A DNA stretch of 64,000 nucleotides from an uncultured Lachnospiraceae bacterium (GTDB lineage Bacteria; Bacillota; Clostridia; Lachnospirales; Lachnospiraceae): contig CALWLM010000118.1 of assembly GCA_944381515.1 (NCBI GenBank), positions 37,137 through 101,136 on the forward strand, in the 5' to 3' direction. The notes beneath the pieces were generated by a model. It was not told where the DNA came from. It ran no database searches and saw only the letters and a list, made by a program, of their open reading frames with translations. Made by a program: the position numbers and the translations under genes. This document shows, piece after piece, positions 45,922 to 54,658 of this stretch. Positions within the stretch are counted from its first letter, which is position 1. The number at the start of each line of letters is the position of its first letter.

Positions 45922-47448
45922 TTATCTTTTCCTTTCCTTTAAATAATTTTCTTTTAGAAGCACACGGTTGATTTTACCGGTAGCTGTCAGAGGCATGGTC
46001 TCCAGCTGGCGGATGGTGTTGGGAAGCATGTAGCGCTGGAGCTTTTCTTTCAGGGCCTGCATCAGATCTTTTTCGCTGATGCCGCCCACATAGAAGAGGA
46101 CAATCTTGCCCTTTTCCGTATCGTAGATGCAGCCGGAGCTTTTGATTTCGTCCAGCATGTTCACATTGGCCTCGATCTCGCCCAGCTCGATGCGGTGGCC
46201 CATATGCTTGATCTGAAAATCCTTGCGGGAGACGAATACCAGATCGCCGTCCTTGTTAAAGCGGCCGATATCTCCGGTCCGGTAGATGAGCTCCGGCCAG
46301 GATTTGTTCAGCGGATTCTGCACAAAGGAGGAGGCTGTCCGCTCCGGATCGTTGATGTAGCCCAGAGAAACCGCCGTTCCGCGAATGCAGATTTCTCCCT
46401 GTTCGCCGGGGGCGGCCAGGGTGTTGTCGTCCTTTAACAGCAGAATTTCCGTGTTTTTGAAGGGACGGCCGATGGGGATGGCCTCGTCCAGACCAAACTC
46501 CCTCTCCACATGGTAGTAGCAGCAGACGCCGGTGCCCTCGGTGGGACCGTAGAGGTTGGTAAAGCGCGCGTTGGGCAGGGCCCGTTTCCAGATATTGAAC
46601 TGCTTCACCGGGAAAACCTCGCCCACAAAGGCGATGGTATGCAGATATTTTGGAGGCAGCTCCGTAAGAGCGCCAAAGGCCGACAGCATGGTCAGTGCCG
46701 AGACCACCCAGCACAGGGTGTTGACCTGATGTTCATTTAAAAACTCCAGGACTTTCATCGGGAATTTGAACATGCTCTTGGGCACGATGTAGGCCGTGGC
46801 CCCGCACTTCAGCGTAGGATAGATATCCTTTAAGCTGGCGTCGAAGTAAAGAGGGGTCTGGTTGGCAAAAACCGTATCCTCGTTAAAGCCCAGGGTCTCT
46901 GACAGCTGTTCGATGTAGTTGATCAGAGAACGGTGGCAGGCCGCCACGCCCTTGGGGATGCCGGTGGAACCGGATGTAAAGAACACATAGACCGGATCGG
47001 TGTCAATGGTGCGGCTGCGCACATTCGCCAGAGCGGCTGCATCGGCCGGGGTCTGAATCAGGTCGCCGTAAAGCCAGAGTTCGCCGTCAAAATCAAAGGT
47101 GCGGGCCGTATCCAGAGTGGTTTCATCGCAGATAATGGCTCTGGGATGAAGATTTTGAAGGATTAAATCAATGCGGGCCCGGGGCATTTCCTCGTCGATG
47201 GGGACATAATAGCAGCCCCCCTGCAATACGCCCAGGAAGGCGACGACCGCATTGGGATGGCGGTTCATAAAGACCACCACCGGCTGGCGGAACATCCCCA
47301 GGGCTGCAAGATAAGAGCCGATGGAACGGCTTCTGTCATCCAGCTGCCGGAAGGTGACGCCGTCTTCTTGGCTGACGCCGCCAAAGGCCAGTTTGTCCGG
47401 CACGCGCCGTACAGTCTGATCCAGATAATCCAGAATGTGATTTTGCAT
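45922..47448 (-). CDS. DltA-like adenylation enzyme (amino acid--carrier protein ligase)
   Basis: FTSGSTGIPKGV, NLYGPTE, FQIKHMGHRIELGEIE and ATGKINR motifs. 508 aa, i.e. DltA-sized. RBS AAAAGAGG. Confidence 0.8.
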   Translation of the reverse strand: MQNHILDYLDQTVRRVPDKLAFGGVSQEDGVTFRQLDDRSRSIGSYLAALGMFRQPVVVFMNRHPNAVVAFLGVLQGGCYYVPIDEEMPRARIDLILQNLHPRAIICDETTLDTARTFDFDGELWLYGDLIQTPADAAALANVRSRTIDTDPVYVFFTSGSTGIPKGVAACHRSLINYIEQLSETLGFNEDTVFANQTPLYFDASLKDIYPTLKCGATAYIVPKSMFKFPMKVLEFLNEHQVNTLCWVVSALTMLSAFGALTELPPKYLHTIAFVGEVFPVKQFNIWKRALPNARFTNLYGPTEGTGVCCYYHVEREFGLDEAIPIGRPFKNTEILLLKDDNTLAAPGEQGEICIRGTAVSLGYINDPERTASSFVQNPLNKSWPELIYRTGDIGRFNKDGDLVFVSRKDFQIKHMGHRIELGEIEANVNMLDEIKSSGCIYDTEKGKIVLFYVGGISEKDLMQALKEKLQRYMLPNTIRQLETMPLTATGKINRVLLKENYLKERKR

Positions 47449-47575
47449 GATTACCTCTTTTCAAAATGTTCTTGATCTTAAATATCTTGGCTGACGAGGC
47501 GGGGAAAGCTCCCCGCCATCATCAACATAGCATGATTTGCGGGCAGATACAAGCCCGGCTGCCGTAAAAAGTTTA

Positions 47576-50500
47576 TTATTCAACCTCCGGATAGAGGCTC
47601 TTGTCGTACACGTGGGTGCCGTTGTGCGTGGAGGAGTAGGCCTCCAGCTCTGCATCCGTCAGATAGAAGAAGGTGGAACCGTCCTTTCTGGGCGTGCAGT
47701 CAAAGTGATACCAGCCCTCGCCGATGTTGACCAGACTCCAGAAATGGGTCGGGATATCGGTGGAACCCTCCGGCACCACCTTGGCCACGTCGATGTTGGC
47801 GATACCGGCGCGGGTCAGCAGGAATTTGGCCTGAGCGGCATAGGTGAAGCAGTCGCCGCTGTGCTGGGTAAAGCCCTGGTACGCTCCCAGAGTGTAATCT
47901 TCCTCCTGGGCATGGCTGGTATAGCTGGTATTCTGACGAATCCAGTTGTAAATAGCCCGGAGCTTCTCCATTTCGGTCATGTCATCCGTGATGATCTCCG
48001 CCAGGATTTCGTCTGCCATGGCGTTCACCTCGTCGATGTCGGCCACTTCTGCATCCGCCTCCAGCACATAGACTGTGCCGGTGGCAGTGGCGGCGTTGCC
48101 GGAGGAGTCGGTGACGGTGGCCGTATAGGTGTAATCGCCGACGGTATTTAAATCTACCTGGCTGTTGTCCGCTTCTACGGTCAGCTGATCTTCGGTGTCC
48201 AGATTGTCATAGGCCCGGATCGCTTTTTTGTAGGAAACGGTGCCGCCCACGGTCACATGAATGTCGTCGGCAAAGACCTCGGGAGCCGCCGTATCCTTTA
48301 CGACCAGCGTGGAGGAGAGGGTCTGATCCCCCGCCTGTATGGTTACCGGATATTCTCCAGGGACGCTGGTATCCACCTCGGGCTCCGCGGAAAAGGAGAC
48401 GGCGTCCGCCGTTATGCCCTGGCCTTCCAGTACGGACAGATATTCATCGGACAGAAAGGCGGAGGCGGCGGGAATCTCCTCGCCGGTACCGATTTCCACC
48501 GAGGGTCTGGCGCCGCTGACGGTCAGGGTGGCAGTCACGGTAGCGCTGTTGCCGGCGGCGTCGGTGAGTATAATCTCCACCTGCTGATCGCCGTCGGTAT
48601 ACAGATCGGGCTCAGAGGCAAAGGCCGCGGTTACTTCGGTGGCATCCTGCAGCTGATCGATAAAGTCCATGGGCTCCACAGCTTCACCGTAAGCGGTGGT
48701 TACAGCTTTGGTGGTAGCCGCTGGCTTGGTAGTATCCTGTACATGGATGGTGGAATGATAGGTAAAGGGCGACAGGCGGATTTCCACCTCATAGTCTCCT
48801 GGTACACTGGTGTCGATATTCAGGGGCTGCGTATTTTTGGCCTTGTCGCCGTTATAGCGCATCAGATCCGCAGTGGTGATGGAGGCGCCCGCTTCCACAT
48901 TGAGGGTGCCGATCACGCGGCGTCCAAAGTAAAGGCCGACTGCCAGGCAGATAACGGCGATGAAGGCTGCGGCGCCGATGATAAAGGGCAGCGTCTGGTT
49001 CTTGCGGCGGCGAGGCGGCCGGGATGCGCCTCCGCTTCCGTTTGTTCCATTTCCCCCATTCCTGCCGCCATTTCCACCGTTTCCTCCGTTACGGCTGCTG
49101 CCGCTGCGTCCGGCGGCTTCCGGACGGGGACGGCGATTTGACGCGGAGGGACGGTCTGTCCCCTGGGCGTTTCGCTCCTTGTCCCGGGGCGAAGGGGCGG
49201 AAGTTCTGGATGCGGCAGAGGCGGTGTGCCTGGGGCCGGATTCTTTGAGAACGTCCGTCTCCGGAACGAAGCGCTTGGGCGTATGGGCTGCCGGTCTGGC
49301 TGCCGGGGCCGCCGTTCGCTCGGAAGCGGAAGTACGGCCGGCGGAGCTGCTGCCTGAACTGCTGCCGGAACCGGCGCTGCGTGTGACCGGCTGACGGCTG
49401 GAGACGGACGGAGTCCGGCTCTGGCGGGTCAGGGGAATCACATTGATGCCGTCGTCGGGACGGCCGGGCACGGTCAGGCGGGGAGCCTCATTGTCTTTTT
49501 TCAGTTCCTCCAGCACAGTGGGAGAGGGAGCTGGCGCCTCCTGCTTTTGCAGGCTGGCGAATACGGAATCTGCCAGCACGGAATCCTTCAGCATGGAATC
49601 GGTCAGGACAGAATCTCCCAGGGCAGGATCGTCAAATACGGTATCGGCGTGGGCACCGTTTTGGAATACGGAGTCAGAGCTTCTCTGCTCCTGCATATGA
49701 ACGGAAGCCTTGGGACTGTCCAGCCGGGGGCTGCCCAGCTCGGGCGTGTTGAGCAGATGGCTGGGAATACCCTTGCGCACCAGGCGGATACCCTTTTTAT
49801 GATCGGCAAAATAGATATTGGGCAGATCGCGGCTCAAAAAGAGGTAGCCGCCCTCCGTCACCGAATAGGCGCCGATATTATGGAACAGGAAATAGTCGCC
49901 GATGCGCAGATCCTGTACCGGGAAATTGCGGGCCACCACGTCGTTAAAGGTACACAGGGAGCCGCACAGCATATAGGTTTTGGGAGGCTCGTCCTTTATC
50001 CGGTGCATGGGTACATGCTCGATCCGGGGCGTTTTCATGGCCATATTCTGGCCGTAGTAATTGATATGGTGAATGCCGCCGTCGATGATGCAGTAGCCGG
50101 CTTCCTTATTGAATTTAACGTCCTCTGCCCGGGTGGCAAAATATCCGCAGGAAGCCACGGGATAACGGCCCATTTCCAGAATGATCTGGCAGGGATATTT
50201 TTTCTCCTCCAGATAGTCGCGGATGCGGGTCAGATCGGCGAATTCATTGTCAAAGGAATCGTTGGTGAAATAGGGGACCCACAGGCCTGTGCCGTATTCC
50301 ATCTGTTCCGGCTGGAAATCATAAATTTCTTTCAGCTTGTCGCAGAAGCCGAATACATATTCCAGCTCCTCGATGGTATGGGCCACTTTCTTTTTCTGAG
50401 TGCCGGTGAAATACTGAATGCCCAGAATGTGGACATAGGGATTTAACTGCCGGCGGGCTATGATCTGTTCGATATCCTCCTCGTTCATGCCAAACTGGGA

Positions 50501-50920
50501 GCCGTTGGTCAGACGCAGAATCACCGGAATTACCTGGCGCAGATTGGTTGCGCATTCCGATATCAAATCAAACTGGTGGACGGACTCCGCGGTCATGACG
50601 CCTACCCGGTAATTTGCGGCGACGCGCACGGAGTCGGCAGTCTTATTGATGCCGGAGAAAACCACTTTATCCATGGGGATGGCGCAGTTTTTGCAGATCT
50701 CCAGTTCGCCGGGGGAGCAGACCTCGTACTTGGGGACCAGATCGTCCATTGCGTTCAGAACAAAGGGATTTGCCTTGACGGCATAGCACATTTTGGCACG
50801 GTCTCCAAGAAGCTCGCAGATCATGGCCACCTTGCGCCGCAGTATGTCAAGGTCAAAGATATAGGCAGGCGTCTGGATGACGCCGTTCTTTACATTGGAA
50901 ACAATATCCTGATATTCCAT
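47576..50920 (-). CDS. chimeric membrane protein: N-terminal PLP-dependent Orn/DAP/Arg-type decarboxylase, low-complexity linker, single TM, Ig-like repeats, C-terminal transglutaminase-like domain
   Basis: A continuous 1114-codon ORF. It carries CYAVKANPF (PLP Lys) through GAYSV (decarboxylase). It carries the TM LPFIIGAAAFIAVICLAVGLYFG after RPPRRRK. It carries three TSVPG(D/E)Y...GN..T Ig-like repeats. It carries GDCFTYA / THFW / YHFD (transglutaminase Cys-His-Asp). Confidence 0.7.
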   Translation of the reverse strand: MEYQDIVSNVKNGVIQTPAYIFDLDILRRKVAMICELLGDRAKMCYAVKANPFVLNAMDDLVPKYEVCSPGELEICKNCAIPMDKVVFSGINKTADSVRVAANYRVGVMTAESVHQFDLISECATNLRQVIPVILRLTNGSQFGMNEEDIEQIIARRQLNPYVHILGIQYFTGTQKKKVAHTIEELEYVFGFCDKLKEIYDFQPEQMEYGTGLWVPYFTNDSFDNEFADLTRIRDYLEEKKYPCQIILEMGRYPVASCGYFATRAEDVKFNKEAGYCIIDGGIHHINYYGQNMAMKTPRIEHVPMHRIKDEPPKTYMLCGSLCTFNDVVARNFPVQDLRIGDYFLFHNIGAYSVTEGGYLFLSRDLPNIYFADHKKGIRLVRKGIPSHLLNTPELGSPRLDSPKASVHMQEQRSSDSVFQNGAHADTVFDDPALGDSVLTDSMLKDSVLADSVFASLQKQEAPAPSPTVLEELKKDNEAPRLTVPGRPDDGINVIPLTRQSRTPSVSSRQPVTRSAGSGSSSGSSSAGRTSASERTAAPAARPAAHTPKRFVPETDVLKESGPRHTASAASRTSAPSPRDKERNAQGTDRPSASNRRPRPEAAGRSGSSRNGGNGGNGGRNGGNGTNGSGGASRPPRRRKNQTLPFIIGAAAFIAVICLAVGLYFGRRVIGTLNVEAGASITTADLMRYNGDKAKNTQPLNIDTSVPGDYEVEIRLSPFTYHSTIHVQDTTKPAATTKAVTTAYGEAVEPMDFIDQLQDATEVTAAFASEPDLYTDGDQQVEIILTDAAGNSATVTATLTVSGARPSVEIGTGEEIPAASAFLSDEYLSVLEGQGITADAVSFSAEPEVDTSVPGEYPVTIQAGDQTLSSTLVVKDTAAPEVFADDIHVTVGGTVSYKKAIRAYDNLDTEDQLTVEADNSQVDLNTVGDYTYTATVTDSSGNAATATGTVYVLEADAEVADIDEVNAMADEILAEIITDDMTEMEKLRAIYNWIRQNTSYTSHAQEEDYTLGAYQGFTQHSGDCFTYAAQAKFLLTRAGIANIDVAKVVPEGSTDIPTHFWSLVNIGEGWYHFDCTPRKDGSTFFYLTDAELEAYSSTHNGTHVYDKSLYPEVE

Positions 50921-50953
50921 GGTATAGAAAGCCCTCCTTTCTTTAACTTAGTA

Positions 50954-50982
50954 AGTGTAGCATAAAGAAAAGACCTTGACAA
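50954..50982 (-). promoter_or_regulatory. candidate sigma-A promoter of the chimera/Dlt-like operon (TTGTCA-17-TACACT)
   Basis: Minus-strand -35 is at 50977-50982 and -10 at 50954-50959, ~30 nt upstream of the ATG at 50920. Confidence 0.35.
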
Positions 50983-51035
50983 TATTGGCCATAGGTTTTT
51001 TCGATATTGAAAGAAAAAATTAATTGAATCGAACA

Positions 51036-51106
51036 ATACACCTCCGGCCCATTATAAGTCAGGCTGCGACGGCCGGCTTATGTCCATAATGAGTCTGGAG
51101 GTGTAT
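51036..51106 (-). other. 71-bp imperfect dyad (ATACACCTCCGG...CTGGAGGTGTAT with structured interior)
   Basis: Outer arms of 12 nt with one mismatch. The inner segments also pair (CATTAT/ATAATG; ATAAG/CTTAT). Lies between the lipoprotein stop and the chimera promoter. A T-rich tract follows ~15 nt away on the minus strand. Confidence 0.4.
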
Positions 51107-51142
51107 CTTTAGAAGGGTATTGACAGTCTAAAACACCAGATC

Positions 51143-52033
51143 TTATTTCGTATTGGAAGATCTGTGCGCGTCCTTTACGGCAATGTCGATATAGTCGCCT
51201 ACGGCATGGATGTAGGGGAATACCAGATGAAGAGTACCGTCCTGCCAGTAGGTGCAGCCCACAGCGGAAGGGTTCTTGCCGTCAAAGTCCATCTGATTAA
51301 AAAGCTCCGCCAGGGCGGCCTCGTCTGATTTGGCGGCCCGGTTGGGGATGAATTCCTCGTACATATCAAGGAGGCCTTCCATGGTGATGTGACGGGTCAC
51401 ATCGGTGCCGTCCGGAGCGGCTACGGTGTAGGCGGTCTGAGCCTCGCCGTCCGCCGCAGCCTTATCGGCGGCAATCAGATCGGCAGCGATGGAATTGGTG
51501 CTGCAAAGCTGATGCAGGCGAAGGCTGTCGCCGGTGGAAGGATCGATATTGTAGGAGGTCAGAGTGACGGTAGGATAGGCAGCATCCTGAACCGTGGTCT
51601 CCGTGATTTTTACAAGGCTTGCCAGACGGGAGGTCTGGGAGCTCAAGCGCCAGCTGACGGTAACGGTGTCTCCCTCGGAGAGTCCTTCCGCCGTGCTGGC
51701 GGCGTCCTGCCGGAAATAGTCGTTCCAGCGCGTCACATCCGACTCACTGCGCAGCCCTGTCAGCTGGGGATAGCTGATGTCGGAGCCTTCCGGCGCTTCG
51801 TAGCTTACCAGAGAGACGGCAAATTTCGGTTCGGAGGCAGTGGTCTCGGAGGCGGTAGTCTCCGGCGCTGCCGTCGCAGGCTCCTGCGTGGGCGCCTCGG
51901 TGGACGGGGCCTGGGTCGTGGAAGGCTGGGTGATGACAACAGGCTCATCGGCTGCACAGGAGCAGGCCGACAGGACCAGTGCGCACGTAATAGACAATAC
52001 AGTAAAGGCGATTCCCTTTTTCATCTTTTGCAT
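51143..52033 (-). CDS. lipoprotein, DUF4163/DUF3298-like flavour
   Basis: Lipobox LSAC, a Thr/Pro/Ala-rich linker, then a ~230-aa domain. The start is ambiguous between MQKMKK and MKK. Confidence 0.45.
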   Translation of the reverse strand: MQKMKKGIAFTVLSITCALVLSACSCAADEPVVITQPSTTQAPSTEAPTQEPATAAPETTASETTASEPKFAVSLVSYEAPEGSDISYPQLTGLRSESDVTRWNDYFRQDAASTAEGLSEGDTVTVSWRLSSQTSRLASLVKITETTVQDAAYPTVTLTSYNIDPSTGDSLRLHQLCSTNSIAADLIAADKAAADGEAQTAYTVAAPDGTDVTRHITMEGLLDMYEEFIPNRAAKSDEAALAELFNQMDFDGKNPSAVGCTYWQDGTLHLVFPYIHAVGDYIDIAVKDAHRSSNTK

Positions 52034-52135
52034 CCTTTCTGCTGCGCCAGCTTTGCAACCGGCTGCGCAGCGGCAGTTTTCATACATAGTAACGTCCGCG
52101 CCGGCGGATATATTTATGTGATGCCTTATGAGACG

Positions 52136-52164
52136 ATTATAAGCGGGGACCGCCGATATTGCAA
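52136..52164 (-). promoter_or_regulatory. sigma-A promoter for the lipoprotein gene (TTGCAA-17-TATAAT)
   Basis: Near-consensus hexamers with exact 17-bp spacing on the minus strand. Confidence 0.5.
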
Positions 52165-52206
52165 CGAAAGTAAGAAATTTGTAATCAATTTTGTCCCGGG
52201 GAGCGG

Positions 52207-53160
52207 TTAGTAGCCTTCCTTCAGCAAATCCTGGTAGACAGATCGGGAAATTTCAAACTGAGGGGAGCCCATGGAGCCGGGAGCGATCTCATATTCGTCG
52301 AACTGGATTACCAGGTTGCCGTCCTCGGAGAAGAAGAAATTCTGGTCCGGAGTGATGGAGTGAAAATCCATGCCCTCATATTCGGTGTCGATCCAGTAAG
52401 TTATATTGTCGTCCTTTGCCATCTGTTCCTTCATCTGGCGAAGAATTTCATCACTGATGACAGTCTGATAATCGCTTCCCTCCAGGAAAAGGTCAGACAG
52501 CTGTACGATCTGGCCGCTCTGCTTGTCAATATGATAATAGTAGTAGGTCTGCGTGCCGCTGCCGGAACCGTAGTAAACCAGAATCTGCAAGGTGAACCAG
52601 GCGTCGTTGTTGGTAACGACCTGATAGGAGACGGACAGTTCTGTGTGGCCGGAGTCGCCAAGCGCGGCCCGATCGGCCTCAAACTCTGCGATCAGCCGGT
52701 CAGTCATGGCCTGCACATCGGCGTTGATGGCATCTACGGAATCGCCCAGAGAGCTGTTCTCGCTTTCCGTCTCCAGCTCCACCTGAGGCACGTCCACGCT
52801 GGAGCGGTGGTAGCCGTCATCGTAAAAATAGTTGCGAATGGTGATGACCTCCACAATGGCGCCGATGACTGGCAGCTCGCTCATGGTCTCAGCGGCCGAC
52901 GCGCTGATATTGGGAAGCAGAAAAAAGAGGGCGAGTACAGCGGCGGCAGCAGCGGCCGGCCGGGGCAAACGGGGTTTCCTCCGGGAGGAGGACAGCTTGC
53001 GTGCCGCAGGAAATGGCCCTGGCTCTTCCGCCTCATCGGAGGAGCCGGGCGTGCTTGGCAGACGCCTTAAGGTGCGCCGGATGCACTCCTCTGTCTCCGG
53101 AGGAAGCGTAAGTCTTTCCTTCCGTGCCAGACTGCGTATTTGTTTGTCGATAGGGTTCAT
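52207..53160 (-). CDS. anti-sigma factor, RsiV-like (cytoplasmic N-domain, one TM, extracellular DUF4163/DUF3298-like domain)
   Basis: N-terminal ~35-aa anti-sigma segment, TM AAAAAVLALFFLLPNISA, and a ~220-aa extracellular domain. The start is 12 nt after the sigma gene stop. Confidence 0.55.
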   Translation of the reverse strand: MNPIDKQIRSLARKERLTLPPETEECIRRTLRRLPSTPGSSDEAEEPGPFPAARKLSSSRRKPRLPRPAAAAAAVLALFFLLPNISASAAETMSELPVIGAIVEVITIRNYFYDDGYHRSSVDVPQVELETESENSSLGDSVDAINADVQAMTDRLIAEFEADRAALGDSGHTELSVSYQVVTNNDAWFTLQILVYYGSGSGTQTYYYYHIDKQSGQIVQLSDLFLEGSDYQTVISDEILRQMKEQMAKDDNITYWIDTEYEGMDFHSITPDQNFFFSEDGNLVIQFDEYEIAPGSMGSPQFEISRSVYQDLLKEGY

Positions 53161-53171
53161 AACCTTTCTCC

Positions 53172-53660
53172 TTATAGATCGAGCATCGTCTTCAGGCGGC
53201 CTCTGGCCCGGGAGAGCCGGGTTTTGACCGCGCCGGCGGACAGCCCTGTTATTTCACTGATCTGTTTCACGGACATTTCCTCGTAATAGAAAAGGATAAC
53301 AACGGTGCGGTATTCCACCGGCAGGGCCTTTATTGCATCTCCCAGGGCCATATCGGCGGAATAGGATGGAGTATCGGAAGGCTCTTTACCGGGCGGGATG
53401 TCCGAGAGCGAGACGGAAGGCTTGCGTTGGCGAAGAATATCATAGGCCGCGTTATGCAGAATACGTATGATCCAGGGACGAAATTTATCCGGGTCCCTGA
53501 GTGCGCCAAGCTTTTCATAGCCGGCGCACAAGGCCTCCTGGAGGGCGTCTCTGGCATCCTCCTCGTCGCGCAGCAGGCTGACAGCCAGCCTGTAAAGGCT
53601 CGCCTGGCAGGCAGTGATCTGTTCGGTGTACCACTTCTTTTTATCGGTTATATATGTCAT
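53172..53660 (-). CDS. ECF-type RNA polymerase sigma factor (sigma-70 regions 2 and 4)
   Basis: Region 2 (...YRLAVSLLRDEEDARDALQEAL...FRPWIIRILHN...) and region 4 HTH (...MSVKQISEITGLSAGAVKTRLSRARGRLK). 162 aa. Confidence 0.8.
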   Translation of the reverse strand: MTYITDKKKWYTEQITACQASLYRLAVSLLRDEEDARDALQEALCAGYEKLGALRDPDKFRPWIIRILHNAAYDILRQRKPSVSLSDIPPGKEPSDTPSYSADMALGDAIKALPVEYRTVVILFYYEEMSVKQISEITGLSAGAVKTRLSRARGRLKTMLDL

Positions 53661-53677
53661 CAGGCTTCAGTCCTTAG

Positions 53678-54646
53678 TCATTGGGCAGGCTTTGACTGGA
53701 CGCAGGTTTCGTAGATCCATTGACCCCACTGGGCGTAATATTTGCCGTAAGGGTGCGTATCATCGGCGCTGTATTCTGCATTCAAAGCCCCGTTTTCATC
53801 GTCAAACAGGGGATTGACATCGAGATAAAAAATGTTTTCATTGTCGGCCAGGGCGGCGATTTCCGCATTGAGACGGTTAATATTATCGTTGTTATAGATC
53901 TCGTCTGAGTCGGATCGGCTGGCGGTCAGGTGCAGGTTGGCGCACACGTAGAGAGTGGCCTGGGGCTGCATCTGGCGGATGAAATCTACCACCTCGCTGT
54001 ATTGGCTGACTACGGATGAAAAACTGTATCCCAGTTCGTTGATCCCCAGCATTAAAAAGATTTTACCATAGCTTTTTTGCTCAAACAAGGTGGTCAATGT
54101 TACTTTTCCCACATTCGGCACGGAAACTTCTTCGGAGAGGACCTTAAAGGAGCTCATTCCCGATGTGGCAAAGAAGTTGGCGGTGTCAAGACCGGCGTAT
54201 TCCATCAGGCCCACGGTGCGGGAATCTCCGATAAAGAGCACGTCGGAGAAGAATTCCTCTTTGGTAGGCGTTTCGGAGGGAGCAGCCTCTCCCGACGTAT
54301 TGGAGCCGGCGGTGGTTTCGTTTGTATTGGTTTCGCCGGACTCGTTTCCGGCAGCGGTGGTTTCATCGGCAGGATTACCTGCTGCGCCGGTTTCTCCGGC
54401 GGCCGTCTCGCCTGCCGGGTCTGTCTCGCCTGCCGGAGCTGTTTCATCTGCCGGGAGCGCTGCGCCTGTTTCGTCCTCATTGCCCTGGGGTTCCGTCTGA
54501 GACACGGTGGGAGGCTCCTGGACGATGGGGGTCTGCGTATCGTCAGCATCCTGCTTGAAAAGATCGTTGCGCAGGACAAAGGGCATCAGTACCAGGACAG
54601 AGAGCACGATTAGTATAGAAAAAAGAATATCGGAATGTTTCTTCAT
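53678..54646 (-). CDS. membrane-anchored GDSL/SGNH-family protein (PatB/OatA-C-like O-acetyltransferase/esterase)
   Basis: N-terminal TM, an acidic Thr/Gly/Glu repeat linker (AGETDPAGETAAGETGAAG), the GDS block FIGDSRT and the DxxH block DDTHPY. The stop overlaps the sigma gene start by 19 nt. Confidence 0.65.
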   Translation of the reverse strand: MKKHSDILFSILIVLSVLVLMPFVLRNDLFKQDADDTQTPIVQEPPTVSQTEPQGNEDETGAALPADETAPAGETDPAGETAAGETGAAGNPADETTAAGNESGETNTNETTAGSNTSGEAAPSETPTKEEFFSDVLFIGDSRTVGLMEYAGLDTANFFATSGMSSFKVLSEEVSVPNVGKVTLTTLFEQKSYGKIFLMLGINELGYSFSSVVSQYSEVVDFIRQMQPQATLYVCANLHLTASRSDSDEIYNNDNINRLNAEIAALADNENIFYLDVNPLFDDENGALNAEYSADDTHPYGKYYAQWGQWIYETCVQSKPAQ

Positions 54647-54658
54647 GTCTGTCTCCTC

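Noticed and set aside
53661-53700. Separate ECF promoter immediately upstream of the sigma gene
   Set aside because: The sigma start overlaps the upstream SGNH stop. I could not find a convincing AAC-N16/17-CGTC motif inside the SGNH 3' end. The best ECF-type motif is upstream of the whole unit (56126-56151).
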